This document shows, in pieces, positions 1 through 12,850 of a DNA stretch of 49,901 nucleotides. Origin of the DNA: Chromera velia (taxonomy: Eukaryota). Position 1 is the stretch's first letter. Each line of letters starts with the position of its first letter. The position numbers were made by a program, and so were the translations under genes. The notes below the pieces were generated by a model. The model made no database searches. It saw nothing but the letters and a program-made list of their open reading frames with translations, and was not told where the DNA came from. Location: positions 1-49,901 of the forward strand of contig JAHBMJ010000338.1 in assembly GCA_018398765.1 (NCBI GenBank), in the 5' to 3' direction.

Positions 1-176
1 AATTGCTTTGAGATTGATTAACGGATTATGTGGTTACACAAACCGAAGTGGTTGGTGGGCTTGAAGCACAAACTTTCAGATTCACATGGGATTGGTAGAG
101 CTGTCTTTCTCAACATCCATGGATTGTGAGACAAGGCTCTCCCTCCCTCCACTCACTCACTCACTCACTCACTGAC

Positions 177-451
177 TCTCTGGCCTCTTCGCTCTTGCCC
201 TCCTTCTCGAGGGACCTTCTGATCCTCTTCATATTCTTCACCAACAGATCCTTCCGAGTCAACTGAACAGAAGCAACAAATATTTATTAGATGCAACGAA
301 TTAATTAGGTATAACGAATTAATGATACCAATGTGTACTGGTAACAGATCCTTCGAAGTCAACTGAACAAATAATGGTCACACACATTGAGTGTTTTGTT
401 CAATGAAGGAGAAAGAGAGAGAAAGAAAGAGACAGAAAGAATGAATGAAAG

Positions 452-511
<60 letters not shown>

Positions 512-1533
512 AGAGAGAGAGAAGGGGGAGAAGCAGAACGTTGACTGACAAAATGGGAGGAGAGAAACAAACAAAACAGGAGCAGAAAGGACACTGAGGA
601 AGCGTCCACTTCACAGAGACCTTCTCAAGTGTCTGTCACCCTTTTGTTTTTCTTTCATGAGTACAAAATGCACAGGCTTGACCAACCTCATAGTGGTTTC
701 TGAAGTGGTTGACCCTCTGGTGGGACATCAGGTGGATGTGGTCGAATTCCTCGTGGATCCACTCTTTGTCGCACCAGAAAACGTCCCAGTCGTCTCTGCA
801 GGGAGGTGCACCACAGAAAGAACAGGTGGAAGGCAGAGGAAGGGTTGTGCATAGTCTACATCCCTTTCTCGTGAATTCATTCGCGCGTGTACACCCAACC
901 CACATACACTGAGGGCATAGGAACGGACAGACAGACGGAAAGAGAGGGGGGAAGGGAGGGAGGAAGGGAGGGGAGGAAGGAGGGGCAGAGGGAAAGAGGA
1001 AGAGAGGAAGAAAGAGGGCACTAAAACAACGTGGGCAGGAAAACAGACCAACGAAAATGCAAGGAACGGGCACATACCCCGGCAGGACAGCCGGACAGGC
1101 AAATTCGAGACAGATGGACGAATGGATATACAGAACAATGGACAAACGTGCTGGAAATTGCCATCCTGAGTAATGTGGGGGCAAATAGACGGCCCCTTCG
1201 ACAGACGGTGCGAGAGACAAGCACGCTGTTGTGTGTCAAACAGACTGCAGAGTCTGTTGAAGAATGTGTATACGTATACAAGCCAAAATGGTTAGTTGAA
1301 AGCTGACCCGTCCGTTTCCTTCCATCCTCTGTGTTTCATTACATCATAGACGGTGTTTCTGAAGGAGCAGCGAAACTTAATGGGTGCCCTGCACGCACGC
1401 ACAACAGATGAAAGGGACATGTACGATACGCACAGAGTTCATATGTTCACATGCAACAGTTGCACTGGAGCCGATCCAATGGAGTGCTGCCTGACCCGTC
1501 TTTCTTGACGAGCTGTCGCAAGTAGTCGGACAT
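177..1533 (-). CDS. TTLL9: Tubulin polyglutamylase TTLL9-like, 5' part (exons 1533-1496, 1388-1308, 795-687, 262-177; gene continues left of the window)
   Basis: Spliced translation MSDYLRQLVKKDG-APIKFRCSFRNTVYDVMKHRGWKETDG-DDWDVFWCDKEWIHEEFDHIHLMSHQRVNHFRNHYE-LTRKDLLVKNMKRIRRSLEKEGKSEEAR. GT-AG introns have compatible phases. The WD.FW and NHFRNHYELTRKDLL motifs are characteristic of the TTLL9 N-terminus. The last donor could be at 177 or 173. Confidence 0.88.
410..530. repeat. (GAAA)n/(GA)n microsatellite in a TTLL9 intron
   Basis: Directly visible tandem GAAA and GA units. Confidence 0.95.
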
Positions 1534-1871
1534 GCTTCTATATGCCTGCCTGCCAAATCACAGACAAGAACGGGCGCAGAAGAAAAAGATCAAGCCTATC
1601 GAGAAGACATGTATATACGTTGCAGTTCGAACAACGGAAGTTCGGTTTTAGCCGCGGAGCTGAGGTTTGCTTGCTGCGTCTGTAGGTGTCTGTGAAATCG
1701 TTTGACCGGCAGTCTATAGAACGTTTCTGATTCTGGCATCTGATCCCCGTCGATGTCGCCGACGTGTCAGATGGATCGAGTCGATCGGTGTCTATATATA
1801 TATATGTACGTACATTTGAAAAATTGGGAGGATCTCAATGCACTGAGTCGCAGACCGATATAATTAATTGA

Positions 1872-2206
1872 CATGCATGCATGACACTCAGCACATTCCA
1901 TGCAGACTGCATGCATGCATAAAACGCGCGCGCATTACGAGCGAAAAAGGCTCGCGAGCTCTATATATATAAGCCTCTGCCCTTGAATTTTGCACGGTCA
2001 AAATACATGTATAAAATTATGATCATAATATTTTAAACTTAGGTTTCATATACATTTTTTCAAAAAAAAAAATTAAAAAAAAATGCATCAATACAGAGCT
2101 ACAGCCAGATCGTGCGCGTACAAAATTCAAGGGCAGGGGCTTATATATATATGATGCATGCATGTTCGAATTTTCACTAATTAAATTGCGAGGCTTGCAT
2201 GCATGG
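1872..2206. promoter_or_regulatory. Cluster of TGCATGCA palindromes in the divergent TTLL9/PPR promoter region
   Basis: TGCATGCA at ~1874, ~1908, ~2155 and ~2197, between two head-to-head start codons (1533 minus, 2452 plus). TGCATGCA is a known ApiAP2-bound motif in apicomplexans; function here is inferred. Confidence 0.45.
1971..2142. mobile_element. MITE (~170 bp) with ~26-bp TIRs in a (TA)n target
   Basis: Left aagcctctgcccttgaattttgcacg vs reverse complement of the right end aagcccctgcccttgaattttgtacg (2 mismatches). AT-rich interior, with TATATA on both flanks. Confidence 0.85.
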
Positions 2207-2451
2207 GATGAATTAATTCTCAGACTGGCGATTCCTTACAAGAGCAGGAAGGGGCAAGATCGCGGGTTGAAGTGTTTTGCAGAAGTATCATATATAGAAT
2301 GCTCGGTCATCTTCCTTTTTTGTGCAATTGAGTACCCAAACGCGCCGTATCAAGTTTGAACTCAAAGTGCATCTTTCAAGTCCATCTGTTGTCTTTTGTA
2401 GATCCTTTAGAATCCCCAAGAAGCACACTCAAGAAGCTCGCAGAGCTCACC

Positions 2452-5400
2452 ATGCAGTGGAGCTGGTCTTACTTCACTTTGTCGCAAGAAGCACTTCTCT
2501 CGGGGACGCTGGCCTGTGTTGTCGGGCTCCTTTGCCTCATCCTGGTCAGTCTGGCTGTTCACTGCCTCTTCCTCCAAACAACACCACCTCCACATACATG
2601 TCTATATGCATGCTCGATTCTCGGCGCAGAGACAGTCATTTTTCTGCATCATGTGATCTACAGGACACGTGAATTTCTCCGTCATTCTTATCCAAACTAC
2701 ACAAATTGGCACTAAACCTCACCTTCCATGCTTGCAGGCGCTTCGTTCTCAGAAGGCATCTGCCAATGAAAAATCGGACTCCCAAGCACCTAAACCTTCA
2801 AATACTACTGGTGTAGAGGCAGCTGCTGACGGCAGCGACCCTGCATCAAGAGCCCCATTGGCCATCAGAACTTCCAGTACAAACGTCCAAACACAGAAAA
2901 AGCACAACCCAGGAGGACAGCAAACGGGTGCAGGGTCTCCTGCAGCCTCTTTTGTTCCGCTGTCTTCCGCCAGACAGGTCACACACAGCACTCAAGCCGA
3001 ACGTCTTGAGACGGATGAAAGTGACCAAGTCATTTCTCGTGAGCATACAGTCACAGAAGAGCAGCAAGAAGGCTCTAGGCTGAAACTTTCAGACTCAGAG
3101 GGAAGTCAAGGCACAGGCACGGAGAAGGAGAAGCCGAAAAAGATCAATCTGCCCCCCCAAACCCAAACTACACCCACAAATGCCTTGGCTCAATCACCTT
3201 CTCTGTCCAACGGAGTTGAAAAAGAGGTGAGAAACAAAGACTGCAAGGTGCCGAACAGCTGTCCTGATAAACAGCAGAAGGCACAGTCCAAAGGAGGGGA
3301 AGGGGAGACTCCTTCAACCTTCACCAGAGCCGAAACTGAACACCAAGTTTTCCAGAAACCTTGCCAAACAGTCATCCTTGTCAAGAAACTCGAGACCTCA
3401 AGTACAAAAGCCCCACAAGGTCTGCAGGCAGCAGATGTTTCTGCAAACTCAAAGGGACCAAGCAACACTCCACAAGTTTCAACAGACATGAACACAGAGG
3501 CAGCAACAAAATCCAAAAAATTGAAGAATGACTCCAAACCCAAAGTCCAGGAACACCCAAAGGAATCTGAAGACCAATCTGAAACGAACACCCCCACATC
3601 CGTGCCCCAAAGTTTTTTGAATCAGACTGAGGAGAAGAATGCAGAAAAACAAAATTGTGACACAAACAGCAGCATAAGTCTCGACAGCACACACCGAGAC
3701 GTGCAGATAAGCACGGAGACCCCGAAAAACAACAACTCGCAAGGAGAAAGCCGACTTCCCTTTGATTTCACCCAAGACCCCCAGAGCTCCCTGATGAAAC
3801 AGCAAAATGCTCTGAAGACCCAATCAACCGAACTGCACGTCTTCCACCAAGAGAGCCCCACCATCGTCCACAGGAAGGCTTCTGGTCTCTGTGCCTCTGC
3901 CCGCGTGTCTCCTCCACCCGACGCTCTCCTCATCCAAAGCCAGAGAGTCAGAGGAGAGTCACAGGAAGGCGATGGCTCCGTGCCTGATTCTGAGATACGA
4001 ACCGAATCGGATGACAAGGGGGGAGAAAGGAGTGAGGAAGTCACAGGGGAAGGCGAGGAGGCAACCCCCGAGAACGCAGAGAACAAAAAGAAAGGCAAAC
4101 AACGACGTCGGGTTGGAAAGGGAGCAGGAAAGAGCGCTTCTTCAGACAGTCAAATTTCCGACCCCTCTCCCACCAGTACCTCTGGTGAGACCACCACGAC
4201 TGTCATTTGTAGAACCACCACAAGCACCGGAAGTGCCGCCTTTGACCAGAGTCGATCCATCACCCAGAAAGGAGGCACCACTTCCCTCCCCTCCTCCGTC
4301 CCATTGTGCTTCCCCCCCGCGTCATCCTTTGCCCTCACCACCTCGATCTCTGAGGAGACAGAGATCCCCTCAGTGCAGTCTCCAGAGTATCCCTTCTTCG
4401 TTCGAATGAGAGAGATCTGCAACACCCCTGCTGCTGCTCACGACACCCCCTCCATACCCCACAGCGCGTCCAATTCTATCTCTCTCGCCAATGTCTCCCG
4501 ATCCCAAACTTCTGAAGCCGAGGTCTCCATATCGGAGACAAAGGAGACCACCACTAAGGGAGACAAAAGAACAAAATGCCCCCCCCGTCCAAGAATCTCA
4601 CAGGGAAGAGACAGACAAGAAGGGGCTTCGCAGGAACAAAAACAGGGGGGGGGCAAGACAGTCGAGCAAATTGATTTTGTATTCCGACAGATGCTGGAGG
4701 CCGGTGTTGCTCCAGGCAGTGCCTCCTTCTCTCTCCTGATCGAGGCCAACTTGAGGGAAAATGGGCCTAGGAGCACTCGAGCAAGAGATCTGTTCCAACA
4801 AGCACGAGCGTGTGGGCGATGTAGCTCCCGCGCGTATTCCCTCATGATCAGGGCACTCACCTCTGTGGGTGACTTGAGGGAGGCAGTGGCAACACTGAAG
4901 AGCATGTGGAACGCGGAGGGATTTTGTGACGTTGGGTCTCTCGCCTATTGTGCTGCTCATCTGGTGGAGAGAGGGGAGAGAACAGTCGCCATCGAGGTGG
5001 GTGGGTTTTGTTTTTGTTTTCTTTGAGTTTTTTGTACTGTTGAGACTTTTGTCCCGCCGTTTGTGCACGCTTTGTTTCTCTCATGAACTTATCTGTGTCT
5101 ACTTCTTTCCTCCAAATCTTGTTTGATGACCGCTCTTTCCTTTACATCTGCACGTTGTTTTGCTCTTTGTAAGATGGCGCCAGAGGCTGGATGAATGGGT
5201 ATTTCCCGTCTGTTGTCTTGAACACTGACCATTGTTTTCTTCTCCTGTGTCCCTCCCTTTTCTTTTCTTGCCTTCTCATCTCATCAGGTCCTCTCAAATC
5301 TCGCGTGCGTTGTCGAGAGAGCCGTCTCCCCTGCGATCAACCACTGCGTCTCCCTCGCCAAATCCTGTGGAAGCCTCCAGAGGGCAGACATAGCAGAGAC

Positions 5401-7890
5401 TCTCTTGCGCACATTTGCCCGATTCCACGGAACCCCCGACACCATTCTTGCCAACTGTGTGCTCGACCAGTGCATTTTCGCCAAAGAGTGCAATCGAGCG
5501 GTTGCTCTGTTCAATGCAATGAAGACAGGCATGCTTGCGGAGCCTCCTGTGAAAGCAGATGGGGGCGAGGGGGAGGTACAGAGAGTTGTGCCTGACTCAG
5601 TAACATACAACACCATGATCCGAGCTTTCGGGGCTTTGAGAGACCTTCCCTCTGCTCTTCATTTGCTCGAGGAGATGGAGACAGAGGGGGTGGCACCGAA
5701 TGCAGTCACGTTCAACAGTCTGATCCATGCGTGTATTCAGAACGGCTCTCTGCAGAGAGCGTGCGATGTACTGTTGCACATGAAGGATACCAGCGTGAAA
5801 CCCGACAGCGTGACTTACTCCACGTTGATTGCCGGGATCAAACTGGATCGTTCGGGCTCTTCGTTGTCGAAGGGTTTTGAATGTCTCGAAGAATTGCGCA
5901 GACAGGGCACGGAGCCTGATGAGGTTTTGTACAACTGCCTCATGGACGCGTGTGTGCATTTCGGGGAGTTGGACAGGGCGGAGATGGTTTTTAACGATAT
6001 GACCAGGAGGGGGGTGGCGCCCTCAGCGGTGGCGTTTGGGATTCTAATGAAGGGGTGTGGGCGGCAGAGGGAATTGGATAGGGCACTAGGGTATCTGAGA
6101 GAGATGGAAAGACGGGGGCTTGAGCAGAATGCAGTCATATACGGGTGTTTGATTGACACAGCGTTGAAAAGTAACAGAGCGGACGTGGCGGGGGAATTAT
6201 TCGACTCAATGGAAAAGAAGCGAATACGCCAAACAGTAGTCACATACAGTCTGAAAATCAAATTATTTGGAAGGACGGGTGACTTTGATAGTGCCGCACA
6301 GACAATTCAGGAGATGAAGGAGGAGGGAGTTCCCCCCTCCGCTGTGACGTTCAATTCTCTGATGGACACCGCCGTCAGATGCAGGAGGATGGACACGGTG
6401 CCGTGGATGATGAGGCTGATGGAGACAGAGAGGGTGGAGCCCGATCTCATCACGTTCTCTACAATCTGCAAGGTCAATTTCTTTTTCTTTTTCCTCCCTT
6501 TTCACTGTCTCTTCGTGCTTGTTGAAGTCCTTTCTAAGATTGAGGCAGAAGTCCTTTTATGTCATTTCAGACCGACCACGATTTGAACCTTGGAGTCTTG
6601 CGTCTTTCCTATAACACGATTCTGATACCTGGGTCGGCACGCTGGTATTGGAAATTTTCTCTCGCAGATCTGATGAAGATCAGATAAGGGCCCTCGTGCC
6701 TGTGAGTTATTCTCCTGACTGACGTGTTCGCCTGTTTCCTTGTTTCGTTCTGTTTCCGTGTCGGTCTGCAGGGGTATTGTCAAAGTGGCGATTTGTTGGC
6801 TGCCTTCGAGACCTTTGCCATCATGCAAAAGAGGGGCTTTGTCCCAGATGAGATCGTCTACAACTCCCTTCTTGATGGGTGCGCCCGTGCGAGGGACCCA
6901 GAGAAGGCATTGCAGGTGATGCAAGAGATGAAGGCAGTTCGAGTGGCACCCTCTCATATTTCCTACAGCATTCTTGCAAAGGCCTTCGGACAGGCTTGCA
7001 TGATGGACCAGGCCCTTGCAGTGGTTGATCAAATGAAAACTGAGGGGGTGAGGCCGCATGTAGTTGTATACTCCGCTATCCTCCAAGCTCTTTTGAGTCT
7101 TGCTCAAGAGGGCAACCTCCAAGTCGGGTTCTGGGGGGATGCGGTGTTGAGGCATATGGAGGCCAACAGAATCATTCCCGATGCGCCTGTGTTCGGGATG
7201 CTCGTGGCAGCGTGCGAGGCTTTTGGCTGCCTCGAGAAAGGTCAGATAGACAGAGAGATTAGGAAGCTCCTTTCTGGATTAATTACTGTATTTGTGTGTT
7301 TGCTTCTCTTCCTAGAGTCCCGCAAGAGAGGGGAGAAAGCGAAAGCAAGATGTGCCTCGGGGAGGTTCTTCTGACATTTCTCTGTTCCATCCCCCCCCAT
7401 TTATCTTCTAACAGATGGAGTAGAAATGATTACAGTACTTTGTGTGTGATGCCTCTCACCGACTTTTTTTCACTTCCTACTGTGCACGATGGATGCAGGA
7501 GTGGAGTATGTGAGGTACGCCGCGCAGATCCGAGTCCAGCTTGCGAGTCGGTGCTACGCCGGGCTGATCCGCGCACTGCAGAGAGCTGGATTCTTCGAGC
7601 ACGTGCAGACAGTCATGGCCATCCAACAGAATGAAGGGGTGGACGATCGACCCCAGAGNNNNNNNNNNNNNGGGGGGCCGGGAGGGTTTCAGAATGGATA
7701 CTCAGGCCAGGGGGGAGGTAGTCAGCGCTTTGGGTATCAACAGTCAGATCAGGGGGGAAGGGGCCCCGGCAATTTCCGTGGGGGGTTTGATGGGCCCAGG
7801 CGGGGCGGCGGTATGCGAAGGGGAGGGGGTGGTTTTGGGAGAGGGGGTGGGGGAGGCGGGTCTTTCATTCCTGCCAGTGCTTTCTCGTAG
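2452..7890 (+). CDS. Pentatricopeptide repeat (PPR) protein, ~1465 aa (exons 2452-2544, 2738-4996, 5288-6472, 6772-7240, 7499-7890)
   Basis: More than ten 35-aa PPR motifs (PDSVTYNTMIRAF, PNAVTFNSLIHAC, PDSVTYSTLI, PDEVLYNCLMDAC, PDLITFSTICK|GYC, PDEIVYNSLLDGC). Introns are phase-compatible GT-AG. Exon 1 is a hydrophobic segment and exon 2 is mostly low-complexity. The last-exon frame crosses an N gap, and exon 1 is the least certain. Confidence 0.88.
7659..7671. other. Assembly gap (13 N) within the last PPR exon
   Basis: Run of n. Confidence 0.99.
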
Positions 7891-10800
7891 AGCCAATTGA
7901 AGGAAGAAAGGGGGCATTGATTTTCCTCAAGTCTTTCTCCTCCTCTTTCTTTCTCTTTCTCTATCAATCATTTTGGGTGAAAGCCGGGTGGGAGAGGAAG
8001 TGAAGTTAAATTCATCGCCATGTATTGAATACAATTCATCTCTCGGTAATCTACCCTTTCCTCTTCCACCGTCGTCACTTACGTACGTGTCATATGCCAC
8101 CCATAAGGACAAGCAACTCTTCCAGAGCATCTAGGGTATATGAACAAGAAAATGAGAAAAGGCAGGTGCCCTTTTCTTGCAAGAAAAAAAAGATTGTTGC
8201 AGAAGATGCTGACAACAGAGCAGAGTTATTTATCCCGAGAGAACGAGATCTCTTGGGAGAGAAACAATCGGAAAGAAAGCATGCTGGAGATAAACGACTC
8301 GTTTAGAGTTGAGGACAAAAAAATGAAGGACGAAAGCAACAAGCGACTCATCGGACAACTCTTACCTCTTTCCTGTCCTTCCGATGAAGGCCTCCACGAA
8401 GTTTTGAGGACCCCTCAACTAGTCGATTGATCCGTTCAAAAAGCAAAAGGGGTACTGATTGGAGGTCCTTGATTGCCTCTTTGCCATTTTTTCAAGGTTT
8501 CTGTCTCTATGTATCCCAAAACGGTTGTCGGGTTCCGTCACCACAAGGGAAAGAAGGGACAGAAATCAGTCGGAGTGCAAAGAAAAAGGGCATTCATGCT
8601 AGAGAAGGGAACAAATGAACTGACTGCCGACATATGCACAGAGAGAGAGACAGCGGTGAGGGGGGGGGGAGATGGCGTGTTCTCGCATCATCCCCTCCAT
8701 CCTGATGTTTTCGTCTCTTCTCTTCGCTTCTTCTCTCGCTCCTGGTCTCGTTGGGGATTCCTCTAAAAGGATTTTTGAAGGTGTGGACCGATGTGTGTCT
8801 TCTCAGCTCTGTGAGCTGTGGTTTCGTTTACTTTTCCCGTCTCAACTCGGCCTTCTCTTTCTTTTCCACCTCTGCTTTCTTGTCGGTGATCTCATTTGTC
8901 TCTCCTCTTCAAAGGTGGGACACAAAAAAGGGAAGGATTGTCTTTTTCATTTGCTGTTTGCGAAGGCGGCAGGGGAGGAAATGGGTCTAGATTGGACCCT
9001 GTCAGATCGGGAAAATTCCTCTCGTGTCTTTTTCTCCTTGCAGTTACGGGCACTTCTTATTTTCTTTTGAATTGCTTTGTGTCCATCTCTTCCCTTCTCC
9101 CTCTCTCGTGTTTTCTCACACAAAACCTTTTTTGCATGAAGAACGAGACGAATCTTGAAAACAATGTGAGCTGCCCACCAGAGAAAAGGGCAGTGCGGTT
9201 GGTCGAAAGGACGAGAATGTTTGGTGTCGGAATTAAGAGCCCAAACGACAAAAGAGAAACGCGTCCATCGATCAAAATGATAAAAGAGGTGAGGGCTTCA
9301 TCAGAGCAAAAAACGGAATGTGTTCTGCATGGAAGAATCTTTGGATCTCAGTGAATTCTCTTCTTTCTGTCCTTCCTTATGATCCTTCCTCTTCTCGTTC
9401 CTTCCTCTTCTCATTCTCCCTCTCACTGTCTTTCCTAACCTAATGGTACCTCCCACACTTCTCTCCTTCCCTCTGCACCTCCTTCGCTCCTTCCTCCCTT
9501 CCTTCCCTCCTTTTCTCTCAACTCTCTTTCTGTGAGTGCACGAAAGAAGCAAAACACCCCAGCAGAGGTCGCAGAAGCCTCGAAGATTTGGATGGAGTGC
9601 CTGGAAGGGGTGGAAGGGGGGGGGACGTGCTGCACTGTTTTCGGGATATGCCGAACTGGGCAGCAGCGGTCGAACCGGAACAAACAAAGAAACAAATGCA
9701 GAAAAGTGCACTGGGGCACCTGGGGTCTTCTCATCCATCAAGCTTCTCTCCCTCATGAGGGTGGAATCAAACTAGTAAGGAAGGGGACGGTCGTTTGTCT
9801 GGGGGGAAGAACCAAAATGGACAGAAAAGATATGAGGCAGGGGAAAGGAAATTTGGGGCAGTTCACATGGAAATAGCAGAAGAGGGAATAGTCAGCAGAA
9901 CTACCGTCCTCCATTTGTACTGTCCTCTGTCTGGTTTTGGCAGCACAGCGCGTGAGAATCAATCTGGGGTCAATGTAAAAGCATCAAAGGGAGGTGGTAG
10001 GACAGACATGTGCGGAGTCGCAAGACTTGGAAAAAGACAGCAGCCTGGAAAGAAGGAAGGAAAGAAAGAAGGACAGAAGAGGGGGAGGACGGTGTTCTCC
10101 TTCGTGCAAAAAAATCAGTACAGTTGGGTTGTCTGACCAGGTCGGAAAAGACCAGAAAGATGAGTACAGATTTGAGGACATTTACAGTAGATCCTTTTCC
10201 CTCCACCGTTTTGACACACATTCCATGATCCGTACATCTGTCACATTCGTTGTCGAGACTTTTTTCTCCATTCATGTGGAGATCTGCATGATAAAGTGAC
10301 TCATTATGACTTAATTCGTGTCGGATTCGCGTCCTTAATCATGTACTATTCCAAACAAGAAGCTTGCAGGCTGGCGGATCGATGGGATTCGTTGCGCTGT
10401 TCTGACTTGACTCATCGATTCGCCGTTTGTTTGTTCGTTTGGGTGACTTGGTCTGCCAGGAACAGCCGTTTGTCCGTCATACTCAGTACAGAGAAGCAAA
10501 GAATTTGCGTATGTGTACAAGAGCAAGGGCTCCTACAGATTGTTCATTCGGTTGGTTGGCGGGGCGAAGAAAAGAAAATTGTCTGAAGACCATTCACACT
10601 CCGAGCCGAGGTGGCTGATTGCCTTACAAGTCAATATGTCATGTCAGTTTTTCCCTTTTTTGTGTTTTACTTTTTCCAGAAGGGTTGCCTGAAGGCGATA
10701 TCACACAAAGGCAAACCGGTCACGCCGTCCGGTGGGGACCAATCGCATCTGTCTCCATTCATTTCTTTAATTTTCAGCTGCAGGGCGGTATTTTTTGTGA

Positions 10801-12711
10801 ATCGGTTTTGTGCTTTTGCTGTCAATTGTCTCTTTTGCACATATCGAAATCTGCCTCTCTATTCTGCTTCAAGTTCGCATGACTTCAAGAAGAGATGATG
10901 GGAAAAGACTTTCCGTTCTTCCAAATCACAGACTCCTTGAAAACTGACCGCGCAGTACCCAGAGAGGAGAAAAGCAATGCAGAACTGAGCTTGTGTCAGG
11001 CAAGCCAGGGGAAGAGAGTTTTTGAAAGGGGGCAGAAAGCAAATATGCATGGAAGAAAGGGGGGAATACTACTGAAGACTCTCTTCGTGTTCACAAGAAA
11101 ATGCTGTGACCCCCCAAAGGCATGCAATCTCACAAGCAGGCACCATTTTTGCTCACAAACTGGCAGCTTGGGTGATTCCGGAACTGATCCTCCGGATCGA
11201 TTTGATAGGACGGGCGGGAGAAGGACCAGCGAAATTAATCGAAATATGTGGAAAGTGCCTTTTTGGTCGTTGCAGAGGGTCTCAAAAGAAGAAAAGAGAA
11301 AAGAAATGAAAAGAGTAATCCAGAGAACCTTTGCCTCTTTCCCCTTTTGTCTCTCTTCCCACTGAATTTTAGAGAGACAAGATCATGCACCTAGCCTTCA
11401 TTGACGAGTCTTTGTTCTTTCGCGCTTGTTGCTGGTACCTTTGCCGGTGCGAGCCATTTGTCCTATCTTCTCCTTTTACCTTCGTTTTTCTCGTCCCTTT
11501 CTCTCTTCCTGTATTTCCTCTCTCTACGTTTGTTCGATCACAGCTTCCTCTTCCTGCAGCTCCAACTGCACAAGGGACGGGGGGTCTCATATGCACGTAT
11601 AGAATGTTGGACGCAGAACCTCAGCAATATGCACGAGGCATGCCTTCGAAGAAAACCGGTCTGGAGAGCGCACACACAGCTGTGTGTGTGTGCATGTGTG
11701 TCGTGGGAGAAGGAAGACTCGGGAATCATCGTTTGTGACTTCACCTCTAGGCCCACCTCTGGGTCCTGTTAAGGTTCAGGAAATTGGGGTTTGAGCAGAA
11801 AAAGAGAGAGCAAGGTCGATTCGACCAATGGAGATCAAGAAAAATTCAAGTACGCCAAAGTGAGAGGGTGTCAGAAGGTAGGTCAGAAGCATTCTAAGAA
11901 CACCGCAGGATCAAAACCCCTGACCGATCGCCCCAGGGAAGCCCAAGCGGCGGTTTTCTTTCCTGTTTTCTGAACAAATCAACAACAAAGAGAACGCTAT
12001 GCTGCCCGTGCACATGCGCACAAAACGCTCTAAGACTCTCACGCATTTACAGTACTCGCAAGGCAGTGACACAATCGTGGAGCTGTCAGTGGCTGATTTG
12101 ACGAGGAGAGCGAATTCAAAAGGTGGGCATAAAAAGTTTTTGACAATGACTCGGATTCAATGACGGTTTGATGCGACAGTGGTAAAGCTGTCAGCTTGCG
12201 TAATAACGGTACGTGTTCATCATATTTTTATAAAGTTTCAAAAATAATTTAAATCTATAGTTCCCCACAATAACGGACCGTTACGGACGTCAAATTTAGT
12301 ATTAAATACGTTTAAATTTATTAGTAGTATAATGATAAATGTTTTTTTTTTTGTTTTTTACTAAATTTTTCTTTTAAAATTGTAAACTTTATAATTTTTT
12401 TATTGTTTTTATAGTTTAATTTATCTTATAATAGAAATATAAGTGAATTAACTTGATTTTTTTTCATATCGCGGCAAAGTTGGGGAAAGCGGCGCCGACA
12501 TACGTGCGGCGTGAAAAAGTGGGCCGCAGGCTGCTGACCTCAGTGCGCCAGACCTTTTCTGAAGCTAGCAGCCCGCGGCTCCACAAGAACAACAACGTCA
12601 CTGAGTCTCCACAACAACAATGTCCAAGTGGGCCAACAGTGCAATGGGGCTTCACTCCGGCACAAACAAAAGGTCTCTTGTCTTGATAGAACAGATTGGT
12701 TTGACTTTTAC

Positions 12712-12850
12712 TTATATCATTTCTAGAAATATAGGCTGCCATGTAAATTTTGTAAGTTTCATACCGTTTTTTTACTATTTAAAACCGTTAAAAAATGGCC
12801 TCAAAATCAAAAAATTTGTATGACAGCCTATATTTCTAGAAATGATATAA
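12712..12850. repeat. Inverted repeat/foldback with ~40-bp arms, possible MITE
   Basis: ttatatcattttctagaaatataggctgccatgtaaatttt vs reverse complement of aaaatttgtatgacagcctatatttctagaaatgatataa. Confidence 0.75.

Noticed and set aside
359..614. ORFs rich in S/L/F
   Set aside because: Translations of the GA/GAAA microsatellite in a TTLL9 intron
636..1220. 194-aa minus ORF as a stand-alone gene
   Set aside because: Only 795-687 is a TTLL9 exon; the rest is intron read-through
7891..12200. Many short ORFs and K/E/R-rich coding-like fragments (e.g. minus strand ~8670-8910 and ~9360-9560)
   Set aside because: No recognisable domain, interrupted by stops, and no consistent splice model; possibly a decayed gene, but unsupported
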